This document shows positions 27,061 through 39,933 of a stretch of DNA of 64,000 nt, piece after piece. Positions within the stretch are counted from its first letter, which is position 1; every line of letters begins with the position of its first letter. The position numbers and the translations under genes are program-made. The stretch is from Podarcis filfolensis (lineage: Eukaryota), in assembly GCA_964270895.1 (NCBI GenBank), contig OZ185440.1; one strand, 5' to 3'. The notes under the pieces were generated by a model that did no database searches, was not told the origin of the DNA, and saw nothing but the letters and a program-made list of their open reading frames with translations.

Positions 27061-29266
27061 ATCTCTCTGTGCCCTTTGTCCCCTTCCTAATGTCAACTTG
27101 CCTGAAATAAAAATGAGCAGGATTTCTCAGGGAGGTTCAGCACCCTCATAACCTAATACAGATATCAGGTTTCTTTGTTGCCCCTGTGTTGGATGATGAT
27201 TTGAAGGAACTCCCCAGATTCTCCCTCACTGAATCAACGTAAGAGTTGTCATTTCAAAACAACAACCATTTCCCCCCTCTTAATTTGCAAAGTCTTGCCA
27301 TCTTATAATTCTTTTTAAAAAACCAACTAAATAAAGCTAATTTGCATTCCAAATCAACCCTGATATACTAAAGTTGCATGCTTATTTGAGAATAAGTCCC
27401 GTTAAAATAAATGGGCCTTACTTCTGAGTAGACATGCATTAGATCTGCATATTAATTTAAGATTAATGAATTAATCTGGAGAGCTGATTCTCCGCTCCCT
27501 TTCCTTCTTTTCTTTTTTTGTCAGCTTCTGTAGATGAATTTCTCTCTCTCTCTCTCTCTCTACCACCTTCCTATCTGTCCTCTCCTTGTATCAATGTGCC
27601 TGAAATCAAATGTACACAGAATAAATCAAAATGCTTCAGTAACCTCACAACCTAATCTACACAGCAATTGTTTGCTGCTGTCCTCAACCATTGAATAGGG
27701 AGTAAGTCCCATTTAACTAAATTGACCTTACTTCTAAGTATTATTGGCAGGCAGGGGGCAGGTGCATAAGAGGCCCGAGTGTGCAAGATGCCTGGCTGCC
27801 TAGTCAGTGTATAAAGCAAGCATTGCAGTGAATCCCTAGCCATGTCTACTCAGAAGGAAGCCCTGCTGAATTCAATGGGGCATATTCCCAGGTCGGCATT
27901 GCAATCTTACTCCTGAATGAACAAATGATTTGACTGAAACTCTTCAATAATCCTGTGAGACCTGCTCTCCAGTAAACACATAGAAATCCAAATCAGGCTG
28001 TAAAGTCACAATCCTATATGGGCACATTTTCCTGACAGTAAAGCCCCACAACTGTATACTGGGGAGTGTCCTCAGATAATTGGACTGCAAGTGACAGCAG
28101 TACAACACCTATGCAGCAACTTTAAACTGAGAGTAAAAAGGAAAAGGGAAAGTCCTACCATAGCTGAACCCAAGTAACTTTTACTCCCCAAGTAACCCTC
28201 CTCTGGGAATCCAGCTGCAGCAAGAGAAATCTATCCATGCTCGTAATCAAAGGTGATGGGGAACTATAAAAATCTCAAGGGGACTGGACCCAGAATAGAG
28301 GGCACCCCCAAAATTGAATATCTTAGGCATGGTTGCCCATTAAGCTCTAGTGGGATCTCCTGCTGTTCCTGTCCAACCCTTCTACTCCAAGTCAAGTGTG
28401 CAGTGGAGTAGCAGTCCTTACTAGTGAGCAAACCCTCACATTGCAAGGCTTGCTCTCTAGAATTGGGGATGCCTGGATTCATTCCTGCCCTGAGCGAGTG
28501 CCCCACCAGTGCCATCAACAGAAACAATACCAGCCCCTCTTATCTATGGTGAGGTATCCCATGGCTTCTGGGCATCGTGCCACAATCCATTCTGGGGCCA
28601 TGGAAAATGGGATGGATAGCCAGGCAGCATGTTCCCAGTAGGGAGTGAGGAGGAAATGGCAGTAAGGCTGGGAGGGGCAGTATGGGGAGGAAACTCTCTT
28701 ACATAAGGGGGGGGGAGCTGCAGTCTCCAGGCTTGGTTGAGGAGTCTTGCTTTCGTATGACCCACTTAGCATGGTCTTATGCCCACCTATGGGTCCTGAA
28801 GACCTGCACTCTATTATATGTACTGGGCTACATACGGGTGGGTGCTGTGATCTGCGAATCCTGTAATTTTTGATCCAGTTATATAGATTCTCCAATGGAA
28901 TCTCATGCTGGTGTTTCAATGGCTGTAATGGCGGGTTTTGGATCCATTGTTGGGAACTGGTGATTTTTTAGGGGTCTAGACCTAGAGCAATTGGCAATAT
29001 CAAGGGTTGTTTTTTTTTGAAGGGGGGAAATGTCTAAAATACTGAGGCATGGCCATCACAACGCTGTGTAGTCCTTATTCAAACTAGACGCTTAAGGCTT
29101 AGAACAAATGCATGTAAGGTGTGCAGATTCTCCATTGAAAAAGCTCACTCTGGCTCAGCTGGTACAACGAAGAGAAACGTTGGAAATGTCTCGCTTTTGT
29201 ACTAAAGAGGTCTGAACAGCTGAAAAAAGGCAGAGAACGAAACGCCAGAATTAGAATGAAACTGAC

Positions 29267-29434
29267 CTATGCATACATTTTCATCGTCCAGTTTTGCTGC
29301 AGCATTTCTGTAGTAGCCCAGCCTGCACAACTCACAGTGCTGCCCTCTAGTGTTGTGTTTACAGCTCACACAAATGAATGCACTGAGCAGATCGATGTAA
29401 CTGCACCGGTTGGAGTGGCCGAAGCATTCACAGT
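29267..29434 (-). CDS. NTNG1: NTNG1 laminin-EGF (LE2) exon, 168 nt: (N/D)[55 protein letters not shown]
   Basis: Lies within ORF 29202..29441(-); acceptor ttcttccttgcaag|, donor |gtcagt; complete LE cysteine pattern; about 50/56 identical to recalled human exon 8. Confidence 0.97.
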
Positions 29435-30329
29435 CTTGCAAGGAAGAACAAAAATGTACACAAAGGGTATTCTGCAGCAGTTATAGCAATTCACATGCTC
29501 TTTTAAAAAAAATAAATGAAGCATGAATAGATTATGAATGGACAGCAGCACAACATGTTAATTAACGTTACAGTAGCGTACATGGACAACCACAGATGTC
29601 TGACTGTATGGAGGTGGTATCTCTTTTCAGGCAGGTTAGAATGATTAGACATCCATTACATAGCACTGAGAGTAGTATTATAATCTGTAGGTCTAATGGA
29701 GCAGAAGCATTTGCAGCTGTAAACCTTTCATGGGTTTTGTGGGATGGCTTTTGCACAATGTGCAATCATAGCCTCCTTTAAAAAATAAATAAATACAAAA
29801 ACCCTGGTGATTTTGCCAGAAGCTGAATGCATTATTGGGAATTTCTCATGATACATGTTGAAGGCTAAATGCACTTTTTGGGGTGGATAGGCTTGCCCTC
29901 CCCCTGAAGGACCACATTTGCACCTTTGCTGCGCTTATTAGTCCACCTTTGCCTCTGGTGGCCCACGTGGCCTCCACAGGTTGGAGTGCCCTCTGCCGCA
30001 GCTGACACGTTTCAGCTATGACCCCTTCTGACAGACATGGCCTAGTCCTAGTAATCCATTCTCTTGTAACCTCTTGGTTAGATTGCTTTGTGGCATTTTA
30101 TATGAGGCGGTCTTTGATGGTCTTTAGTTAGTTCAAAATACAGTTACTAAGATGATGAGAATGGGCGTTGGGTTCATAGCTCATCAGTGCTTAAATAGCT
30201 GCACTGGCTCCCAATTAATTTCTAGTTCAGTTAAAAGGATTAGTGAATTGAGCCATGCATGACTTAAGTCTCGGGTACCTGAAGCTCACCTGACTCTACT
30301 TCAGCCTGCACATACATTAAGGTAGTTTT

Positions 30330-30650
30330 CAGAGACTTTCCCTTAGGTATTCCACCATCTGAGGTGAGAAGGGTCTTTTTGGTGGTGATGCACCAGTTAT
30401 GGAATGTTCTCCTTGGGGAGATTTATTGGGCACTGACTCGGCTATCTTTCTGGCAATAGATGAAATCAATTTCATTTCCCCAGGCCTTTAAAACCATATT
30501 CATCCCTGGAGAATCTGACTTTATGCTATGCTTATATGAATTTTTAATTGTCTTTAGTTTTTTATTGTTTCTATTTTGTTTATATACGTTGTTTATCTAC
30601 CCTGGAGAATTCTTAGAAGGATGAGATAGAAATCCTTAAATAAATAAAAC
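30330..30650 (+). mobile_element. L2 LINE 3' fragment
   Basis: tggaatgttctcc...ccaggccttt...T-rich 3'UTR...aaataaataaa tail; a similar tail occurs at about 43575-43720. Confidence 0.6.
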
Positions 30651-31371
30651 AAACATGTGTGGTATAAGTGGCGTTGCCACTTGGAATGTGAATGACTTTT
30701 ATTTCCACCTTAATGTGTGGTGCCTCCCATCACATGTTCTCTGACTGTTCCCCTCAAAATGCCCACCATGAATTGGGATGAATGAAACTGGGGGGATACT
30801 GATTGAAGATGTTTGACAGCTAAAGAAGGAAGTGGATGCTTGATGTACATGCAACTGCCTGTTTTGGTAAACCTTGTGCCCTGGAGTATCATGGAGACTT
30901 ATTTCCTTCAATAGACCAGGTTCCGGGTGCATGAAAGTAAAAATTCAACATGTGAACTAACTCTTTAGCTATGGAGAAGTCAAGGAAAACGCAAGATAGA
31001 AATCTGTCACTGGGACAAGGCATTCAAATGACAGGTATCACCTCTTGCTGATAGAAAAATGTAGCCCAATGCCTTCATATTTATGTCTCTGCGGCGTTGG
31101 ACCAAAATCTTATGCTTGCTAGTTACTAGCTGCAACATTTTCCTCTTTCTTGTTTGAGTATCGAATTCTGACAGCTCTGTGATAACTCCCATATTTTATT
31201 TCAAATTAAGTGTTAGTTAGAATTACCAGTCTACATTTAAATAGCTAGATGAAGCCATGCTCTTATCATACTATATTAGGCAAGAATGCTGCATTTGCAC
31301 AGTCAGCTTATCACATGAAATGGCTATACAGACAATGCAAGAGAGTCAGAACTCTCTTATTAAGTGCTTAT

Positions 31372-31561
31372 GGGGAAGAGCAAAAGCTCAGTGATAGCTT
31401 TGTGTGCAGAAGATCCCAGGTTCAGTTCCTGCCATCTCCAGGTAGCGCTGGGAGAGAACCCTGTCTGAAGTTGAGGCACTGAAGCCAGTCAGCGAAGACA
31501 AGACTGAACTCATTGGGCTAATGGTCTGACTTGGTTTATGGCAGCTTCCTAGGTTCCTATG
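31372..31561 (+). mobile_element. tRNA-headed SINE with an L2/CR1-type tail
   Basis: agctcagtg A-box, caggttcagttcc B-box-like, tail atggtctgact...ggcagcttcctaggttcctatg. Confidence 0.8.
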
Positions 31562-33682
31562 AGGCATTTTACTAGTGGTGGCAGACATATCAAGCAATGT
31601 GCTCATCACTGGGTTAGCAGCTGATTCACCTGACTGAATGACCATGGCCATCTTGGAGAGAACTTCTGGATATTGATCCTAATCAAGATGGGAGACTTGT
31701 AACAGTGAAGGGGAAAAAACGGAATGGAACAGAACCCAAGGCAACTTTCCCCAACCACATTAGCCTGGAACTTCCTGGAAGAAAAAAAAGTTTTTCATCA
31801 ATTATTCAATTTCTTAATTGAAGCTTTAAAAAGAAGAGCTGTCCTTCCAGCTATCCTTTGAGCAGCTGTTGTCTTGAATTATTTTATTTTTTTAATACAG
31901 CGAGCCCCTGTTACCTATTGAGTCCTGTCTGATGACTATCCTCTCCTGGACACGGAATTAATGCATGTAATAAAGGCGGAGGAGTTTTCTATGACAGACC
32001 TCTTTCCCTTTGTGAATTTAAGAGAGTCATTTAGGAGGAAAACACTGGATTGTTAAGTACGAAGTCAATTGCTAATTAATGGCCGTGATCCTTGAAATGG
32101 CAAAGCTGTTCAGCAAATTATAATGTTGCCTCATGTCGCCTACTCTGCCTCTTTATTAGTGACTCTGACTTTTCAAGCACATGACTAAGAGTATTTTGGA
32201 CATGCTGAACAAGAATAAAGCCCTTCTGACGCACATTCACTTTCACTTCAGGTTGGCAGTATTGGTTTCTCTCACCACAAGAGGATCTTTCATGGGGAAC
32301 CTCACCAACATAAAGTAGAGTTGTCTGCACATCAGGTTGGCCATGCCATGCATCTTTTACCTATCAAAGCCAGCCTTCTCTTAAGCAAAAATGGCAATGC
32401 AGTCCTACAAGGACAGGCACTTTAGAACCCAGACACCGGACATATTCCTTTAACTACCAAATCAGAGCAGTATGGGTAGGACCTAGCAAAGCCAAAGGAA
32501 AGGGGCTCTTTTGACATTCAGGTAACATATGATGGCGAAATAAAGGAATACTGTGAACTGACAGCACAGGTGTCTCAGCCCTAAGGTTTCTAGCTAAAAC
32601 AGGTAATATGTCCCTTTTAGAGTCCCAAAGCAAAATGTAAGTGAACAGGTGTTGTTTCTTTCTTCACTGTAAAGTTAAACATACCTGTGGAGCTGCGGTT
32701 ATTGTCCAAGCTCTTAAAGAGATACGTTGTCCAGAAAAGAATACACCTGCCCTATTTTAACCTCAAATTCCATGCACAATATACTTTCACGCTCATTTCT
32801 CCAATATCCATGGGATCTGGCTTTTGTTACAACAGAGCAATTTCCTGTCATTCTGGCATGATTCACACTAAAACCACACTGGGCAAACCCATTGGCCAAA
32901 CTCTAAGGCCATATTGCAAATAATTTCCACCACTCTGCAAACCAACAACAATCTGTTGCATAATTTTAAATTGAGAGGTAGTTAAAAGTTGTTGTTTTCA
33001 AAGAGTAGGTACTAAAAATTTCCATAGTGCTTGGAATATCTAAAATAGCATACCAGTCATTACAAGTGACAACCACCACTATACAACCTCTGTTACTATA
33101 AGGCATGAACAATGTGAATTCTTTTTTAAAAATGGAAGTGATGCTACCATTGTAACTGCATCACCAAAATAAACAGTTTGGGCATAATCTAGCCAATGCG
33201 AAGCAAGAAACAAGTTCTATTGATTTCAGCCAGTTAGATTTACAGAGAAATCCTATGCATGTTTATTCAGAAGTAATTCCCATGTTCATTCAGAATTAAT
33301 TCCCACTGTGTTCCTTGCTTATATTCCAGGCAAGTTTCCCACTGAAATGAATAGGACCTAAAAGTATTTTATGGCTGGATTGTGTCCTTTAGATTCAAAG
33401 AACACGTCTTGAAATAATCAAGCTGTGCTTGGATGTAGGCTGAGGGAAAAACAATTAAACTTCCTTTGTAATTGGTTGACATACAAATAACATTTACATA
33501 ATTACAGCAAAAAAAACAACACATATATTGCAGGGAGAAAAGAATAGTTCCACTATGATAACCGGGCGGTGGGGGGTGGGTGTTACATTTAAATCAGGAA
33601 CTGGAGATAGCGAAAATATCACAGCCCACCTCTATGGTTCTTAGCAGCTGACACCTTACAAAACCTGCTGTGCTAGGGCAGT

Positions 33683-34029
33683 AAGGTAAAAAGAAGAAGA
33701 GTAACTGACCCTCGGATGGTTAAGTCCAGCCAAAGGCAACTATGGGGTGTGGTGCTCATCTCGCTTCATGCTGAGGGAGACGGCATTTGGGTCATGTGGC
33801 CAGGATTACTAAATCGCTTCTGGTGCAACAGAACACCATCCCAGAAGCCAGAGTGCATGGAAATGCTGTTTACCTTTCCTTGCACTGGTGTGCTTTCAAA
33901 CTGCTAGGTTGGCAGGAACTGGGACACAGAAACAGCAGCTCACCCCATTCCGCAGATTTAAACTGCTGACCTTCCGATCAGCAAGCCCAAGAGACTCAGT
34001 GGTTTAGACCACAGCACCACCTGCGTCCT
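33683..34029 (-). mobile_element. Full-length Sauria SINE (lacertid-type head)
   Basis: Reverse complement begins (a)ggacgcaggtggtgctgtggtctaaaccactgagtctcttgggcttgctgatcggaaggtcagc and ends tttacct; 13-bp TSD tgctagggcagta / tgctaggccagta. Confidence 0.9.
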
Positions 34030-36934
34030 TGCTAGGCCAGTAGCAGGTTAGGACCTCATTTTACTATTGTTCAAGAGAAGCTCCGGAACAACAGAGATGT
34101 GCCATGAAAGGGGCTTTGGGTGCAGTGAAGAGGGAGGCTGCCATCAACCACTTGAAAAGCCATCTACAGCTGTTTCTGAAATGGCATTAGGGGAATGGGA
34201 ACAACTGTTCCCCCAGTTACCGAAAGAGGTGATGCTCTTTGTGGAAGAGAACCAAGTTGTTGGTTTTTCCCACGTGACTGGGAATTTCTGATGTTGCTGG
34301 AATAGCATGTCTACAGGTAATGGTAGAGCTCTGTCACCCTACTCCGGATACAAAATAGATAAAAACAAAAAGTTGAAAGGCATAAACTTCTTTTATCTGC
34401 ACAGTTTCTGTAGCACTGAGCTAGAAAAGAAACAAATGAATTGGCCATCCATGCAACCAAGGAAATTTTGTGGACTTGTCTTTATACAAGCACATGTCAA
34501 TATTCTGTAGGTAAATCTCGATATAATTTTAATTTCTTAGAATATAGAACCTTCTGAGAACCTTTATACACCTATAATTATATGGCTTGTTGGTATGTCT
34601 GATTCAACTTAATATCATTTCACAACTTTATCTGTAAAGTTACAATCCCGCTGCCCAATTCGTTGAAACTTGGAAGAGGCCACCATTTATATCTCCCAGC
34701 ATTCTGATACGCAGCACAGTGCCAGAAGACACAAAAGACACTCCCCCCCACCCAATTTGGTGCTGCCTCTTTCAGCAACCTGGTGGTGGTAACTAGGGGT
34801 GTGAACAACCACAGAAGAATTCAAAGGAAAATAGATGGTTCCCCCCACTTGGGATGTGCTGGATTTTAACCCCATCTTCCATATTTGTCCCTGAGATTTC
34901 TGCTCAGCTTTTCTCACTAGCTTTTTGATTTAGTTTGCTGTACTATTACAGACAAAAAAATGGTGTGTTAACTCCACTTTTCCTTCCAGCAGCCCATTGC
35001 GGGGGAGTGGAACTTGGGATTTTCAATTTCAAAACAGCAGAAGGGAGAGGGATGTGAGAGCTCCAAAATGTTGTGCAGTGCCTCTGCTCCACTTGTCCCA
35101 CTTTGCCACAGCTATATCAGAGATATAACATTCAGTCCACTGCAGCAGCTGCTCAGGGACAAAGCAGACTATGGCCCTCACTTCCCAAAGGGTTACACTT
35201 TACTAAGTTACAGGTGCAATAAATCCCTTGCAATATTGTTCCTCCTTTCCCTTCTTTTAATACTTTGTTATTCCTATAGAAGAACCACCTCTTCTGTTTT
35301 TGGTTGTGCTTAGCGGCTGAAGCAGCAATGGAGGGCTTGAAAATGCTCAATGGAAGGAAATCCCCAAAAACGAACATTTCCATTTCTTGCTACCATTGTA
35401 GTAACACTATCCTATGATGATATAAAAAACATTTTAAAGCCACTGTCCCCACGCTATATCAAACTTTCTTATTCTTCTCTTGCACAATATAAATATGGAA
35501 ACAAATATATTTTTCATTATCAGCTTAAAATTTCTACATTAGAAATAATCCAGGTTCATAGTGTAGGTCATTTATCCATCCCCTGGGGCAAAACAAAGGT
35601 CAAGGGTTGTTGTTGTTGTTTTAATCAGCCCATATGCCTTGGCAACTCTCATCCCATGACTAAGGACATATTGAGAACAATAGCTTGGCTTACACAAATA
35701 TTGCAATGTGTTGTTCACATGCTTAAACAAATAAAATTGAGAAGTGAAAAATAGCAAAAATAGTTCTGGTCTATAAATGACAGATGCTCAGCTGGGGCAT
35801 ACTGTCTGGGAGCTGTCAAGGCAATTGTGCTATGCTTTTAAAATGTCAATATAATTCCATTATTTTGATAAAATATTGAAACCATATCAGGGCACATGGA
35901 ATCCGATGGATGCAGCCGGTTCACCAGGAAGTTCAAGACTAGAATTTCTACCAAATTTTGCTTAAAGCAAAATTCAAGGAAAAAACACACGATTCTGCTT
36001 AAGCAAAACAACCGAGGGTGCTCAAGCAACTTCCCAAAAAGATGAGTGCAGTTTACTGTGTGTATGGTGCAATACTGCTCACATCAGTTAAACTCCACTG
36101 AAAAAAAATGTAGCTACCAAAAAAAAATGATGCAACGATTCATTTCAATGTACTTTGTGTGAGAATAATTTTTGGTGGACTGTACCCCATGTTTCCATAA
36201 AAGGTGTGAGAAAGTTTCACTGCGGGGTGGGGGTCAGGGAATGGATGTTATATATTGGCTATAACATTCAAGTGCAACTGAACAGTTCCACAAGGACTTT
36301 TAACTGCATTCTCTTCTCTCTCAAACCCTTCAATCGGTTCAGGGGTTCCGCTAACTCTCCCGAGCAGATTTAGGGGTTGTGTGGAGAGATGGGAAGGTGG
36401 GGAAGTTCTACTGTGCAGTTAAAAGTCCTTGTGCTAGTAGAACTGCTTAGCTGGCTACTGCCCAGTGATTGTTTTGTTTGTCAAAGGCATATAATGGAAT
36501 CAATTCTGCATGATTCACTTGCCTGTACTTTACTGGATTATAGTTTCTCATTTACTGTATCAAATTAGTAACACAATCTAGAGGACATTCTCCCCCCCCC
36601 CCAACAGCTACAATATCATTCATAATAAATTCTGTCAAAAATATGATTGCTGTGATTTTATTTTAGTGTGTGTGTGTGTGTGTGTGTGTGTATAGTGGCT
36701 GCTCATCAGTAATATATCCCTGGTGACTTACAAACATGACACAGCCTAGGAATCATTTTTATGTGCCCCTTTTGTGGTTCATGTCCTTAGCAATGCTTAA
36801 TTCTTTCATTTGTGCTCACTAATGGGATGATACTAGACACCACATCACAGTTATTCCAGATTCATACAGTGCAATCTGTTACACAACACAGGACAAACGC
36901 TAGGAAACCACTGTATGAATGCAAGAATTCCTAC

Positions 36935-36994
36935 CTCTTTTGTGGTTTGCAACTTGAACAGAAGAAACAGTAGACAAAGCTAATTTTGGAGCAA
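36935..36994 (-). CDS. NTNG1: NTNG1 60-nt cassette exon (exon 7 equivalent), (V)APKLALSTVSSVQVANHKR
   Basis: cctatccag|TTGCTCCAAAA...CACAAAAGAG|gtagga; open in phase 1; identical to recalled human VAPKLALSTVSSVQVANHKR. Confidence 0.92.
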
Positions 36995-37524
36995 CTGGAT
37001 AGGTTTAAAAAATGAAGAGTAGATTAGGAAATTGTCATATAGGCACAAGTTTAAAAAACCAAACAGAACCTAAGATGAATTTGTTGCAGCCCTATATAAA
37101 CTCACATGGGAGTAAATATTTTGAACTAAATGGGAGTTTCTTTTGCATAGACATGTACAGGATTGCACTATTGGTAATACTGGATGTGGATATTTATGTA
37201 TGATATATTTGTAAAATAAAACAGGTTTATCTAAGGAGTTAGGTATTCTGGCTTAAACAGGTGACCTCAGAGAACCCTCACTACTATAAATATAAAGTTA
37301 ATTAAAACCCTGAACACACACACACACACACACACAAAATATGTTGTTGGGATTTCTCAGTTCCTTTTTCATAACATAACTTCTCCTGTACTTCCATGCC
37401 CTGATCAAGAGATATTCAATAACTTACTTTGCCAAACCTTTATTAGGCATTACAAATATAGCCCATCATAAAACATCCATATATAATTTTTAAAAAAATA
37501 TATACAAATTAACAGCCATGTAAA

Positions 37525-37615
37525 CATAGCTGTCAACGTTTCCCTTTTTAAAAGGGAAATTCCCTTATTCCTAATAGGATTTTCCCTTAAAAAAAGGGAA
37601 AAGTTGACAGCTATG
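37525..37615. mobile_element. 91-bp hAT MITE
   Basis: TIR CATAGCTGTCAAC / GTTGACAGCTATG; perfect 8-bp TSD CATGTAAA. Confidence 0.9.
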
Positions 37616-37964
37616 CATGTAAAAATATGTAATGTGGATTTTCATTGGAGTTTCTTTCCACTAAATAGTGCCATTCACCAGTCTGAGAAATACTATTGAT
37701 AAAAACTCAGCCACCGTTGCAGTTAGATATTCAGTAACAGGAATCTGCACATGGATTGACAACCTGCAATACAACAGGCTGGGGGGGGAGGGGTATCTAA
37801 GACCCCTAACTGTAGTGTTACAAATGTGTATGTGAGATGCTTGTACATCAAATATAAGTGGTCTAAAATGTAATCAGTGCTACATGTTCTGATGGCAACA
37901 GATCTATTGGTAGTGGAGGGGTATGGGGCTAATTCAGTCAGATGCCTCCTTCCTCCTGCTAAAC

Positions 37965-38099
37965 CGGGGATTCTGAAATTTCGGTCTCCAGCTGTTTTTG
38001 GACTACAATTCACATCATCCCCTACCACTGGTCTTGCCAGCTAGGGATGATGGGAGTTGTAGTCCAAAACAGCTGGAGACCAAAGTTTGCGGAACCCTG
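37965..38099. mobile_element. Palindromic hAT MITE
   Basis: Long inverted arms; TSD TGCTAAAC / TGGTAAAC. Confidence 0.85.
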
Positions 38100-38143
38100 T
38101 GGTAAACAAACAATCAGGGCTGTCAGCTTCAACAGTATTGGCC

Positions 38144-38145
<2 letters not shown>

Positions 38146-38183
<38 letters not shown>

Positions 38184-38209
38184 TGTGAGTGAGAGAGAGA
38201 GAGAGAGAG
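38146..38209 (+). repeat. Compound (TG)n(GA)n microsatellite
   Basis: Direct reading. Confidence 0.97.
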
Positions 38210-39867
38210 TATTACATACTTTTTTAGTTGTTTGATGCTTAGACCGTCCTACTTTATCATAAGCAATTGTAATTGTAACTGTTGCTTTCTGACAAACTGC
38301 TAATGGGCTAAGCTAGTCACACAACCATTTGCAAACTATTCCCTATATGAGGATAGTTCTGTTCCCATTTTACACCATTACCTGAGCATCATAGCTGATG
38401 CTTGACCTCTCAGTGCTTAATGCTGCATTGCTCAAGATTCAGTGGGAAGTTACGTTGAAACCCAAGACCCTTTGCAATTAATTTGTTAAATAACAAAATC
38501 CATTAGACATGCTAAGTGAATCTTAATTCACTCAATGCCATCAATAGACAATTGCTTGTGAAATACAAAATAAATAATGTGCTCTCAAATTCAGTGTCAA
38601 TCTTGATGGAGAGCTGTAGAGGAAAGATCGGTTACTGTAACCTCTTCAAGGGACATTTGAAGAAACTTGTAAAATATAATATGGATTCCATGATTAAGGC
38701 AATTCTAGCTGTTAGTAATGTATGTATCTAGGGCAGGCTCAATTTCATCACTATGATCAAGGGCTAGGACTGCATTCATTCCAATCTAGCTCTCCAACAA
38801 ATTGCTAATACATTTTGTTTTAGCTTAGAAGCTATTTCCTGGATCCTCTTTTGCTCATTTCCTCCTCCATCTGTATTCATTAGAGTTTAAAAGGAACATC
38901 CTGTGTATAACGATGGCAAGCTGTAGACCAATATTATTTGCTTTTAAAGAGGGAAAACAAGATAATTCCATGTGATATAATGAACGCGTTTACACCTGAC
39001 TGAATGAATTTGCTGCGTAAAAGCTCCGCAGGAGAACAAACGTTTAAAATGATAGCATTTTAACTATATATGTTCTTCATTGTCTTTATTTTTTTAAACC
39101 ACACTCCATTCTCCACTCCCAGAATAATCATCAGGCCACAGTCTGACAGTAAGTGTGTGTGTGTGTGTGTGTGTGAGTGAATGTCACTGGAATTCAGATG
39201 TGAAACTTGTGCACTAGGGATTTCAGAAAGAAATATTGCTGTCAGTGCTAGTGGAAATGTAATACTTTAAGCACACAAAAAAGGATACGGGATATGGGAA
39301 GCAACCTACAGTGTGACTTGACCTCTTGGCGGGGGGGTGGGGAATGGAGAAGAGAAAACTCCAGCTTTTTGAAGATGCTGCATTGTTCAAAGAAATTCCC
39401 TGAGAATACTGTTGCTACCACCACCATAAGTCTGTCTCAATGCAGCCTCAGCTCTGAATACCAACCGAAATAACATTCATTTCAATTAAGAAAACAAAGC
39501 AGAAGAGAGAGACATTAAGAAATGATTTGATGGAGACAAAAGAAATCTCTGGCACTCAAAAATTCTCAAAACTTATTTATCATGCAAACCTTGATGCCTA
39601 TACAATTCCAGTCTTCTCCAGGGACTCATATTCAATTTAAGCTATAAAAGCGCTTATAACTTTGGTGAGGAAGATCTGTACATGTTATATAAAGCCTTTT
39701 CATGTAAGATTCATTTTTATGATAATTCCCAGAAGTTGTTTTTGGACAGTATACTTTTTTATTAGTCCCAAGAGAGGAAAAAATGTGTTTTGTCCTTTTT
39801 GCCATCATCTCAGATTCTATGAAAGCAGTTAAAAGTATAGACCAGTAGGAATTTTACAGAATCCTAC

Positions 39868-39933
39868 CTTGATTTGGGTTAGAAACCCCAAGGGAAGATA
39901 TATTCGGCCATATCCTATCAAACTTTGGAGGAG
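39868..39933 (-). CDS. NTNG1: NTNG1 66-nt cassette exon (exon 6 equivalent), (T)PPKFDRIWPNISSLGVSNPNQ
   Basis: tatgcag|CTCCTCCAAAG...CCAAATCAAG|gtagga; open in phase 1; matches recalled human NPPKFNRIWPNISSLEVSNPKQ at about 18/22. Confidence 0.92.

Noticed and set aside
26435-27151. Longest ORF (238 aa, + strand)
   Set aside because: F/S/L-rich product of a pyrimidine low-complexity tract; no domain; the antisense frames contain multiple stops.
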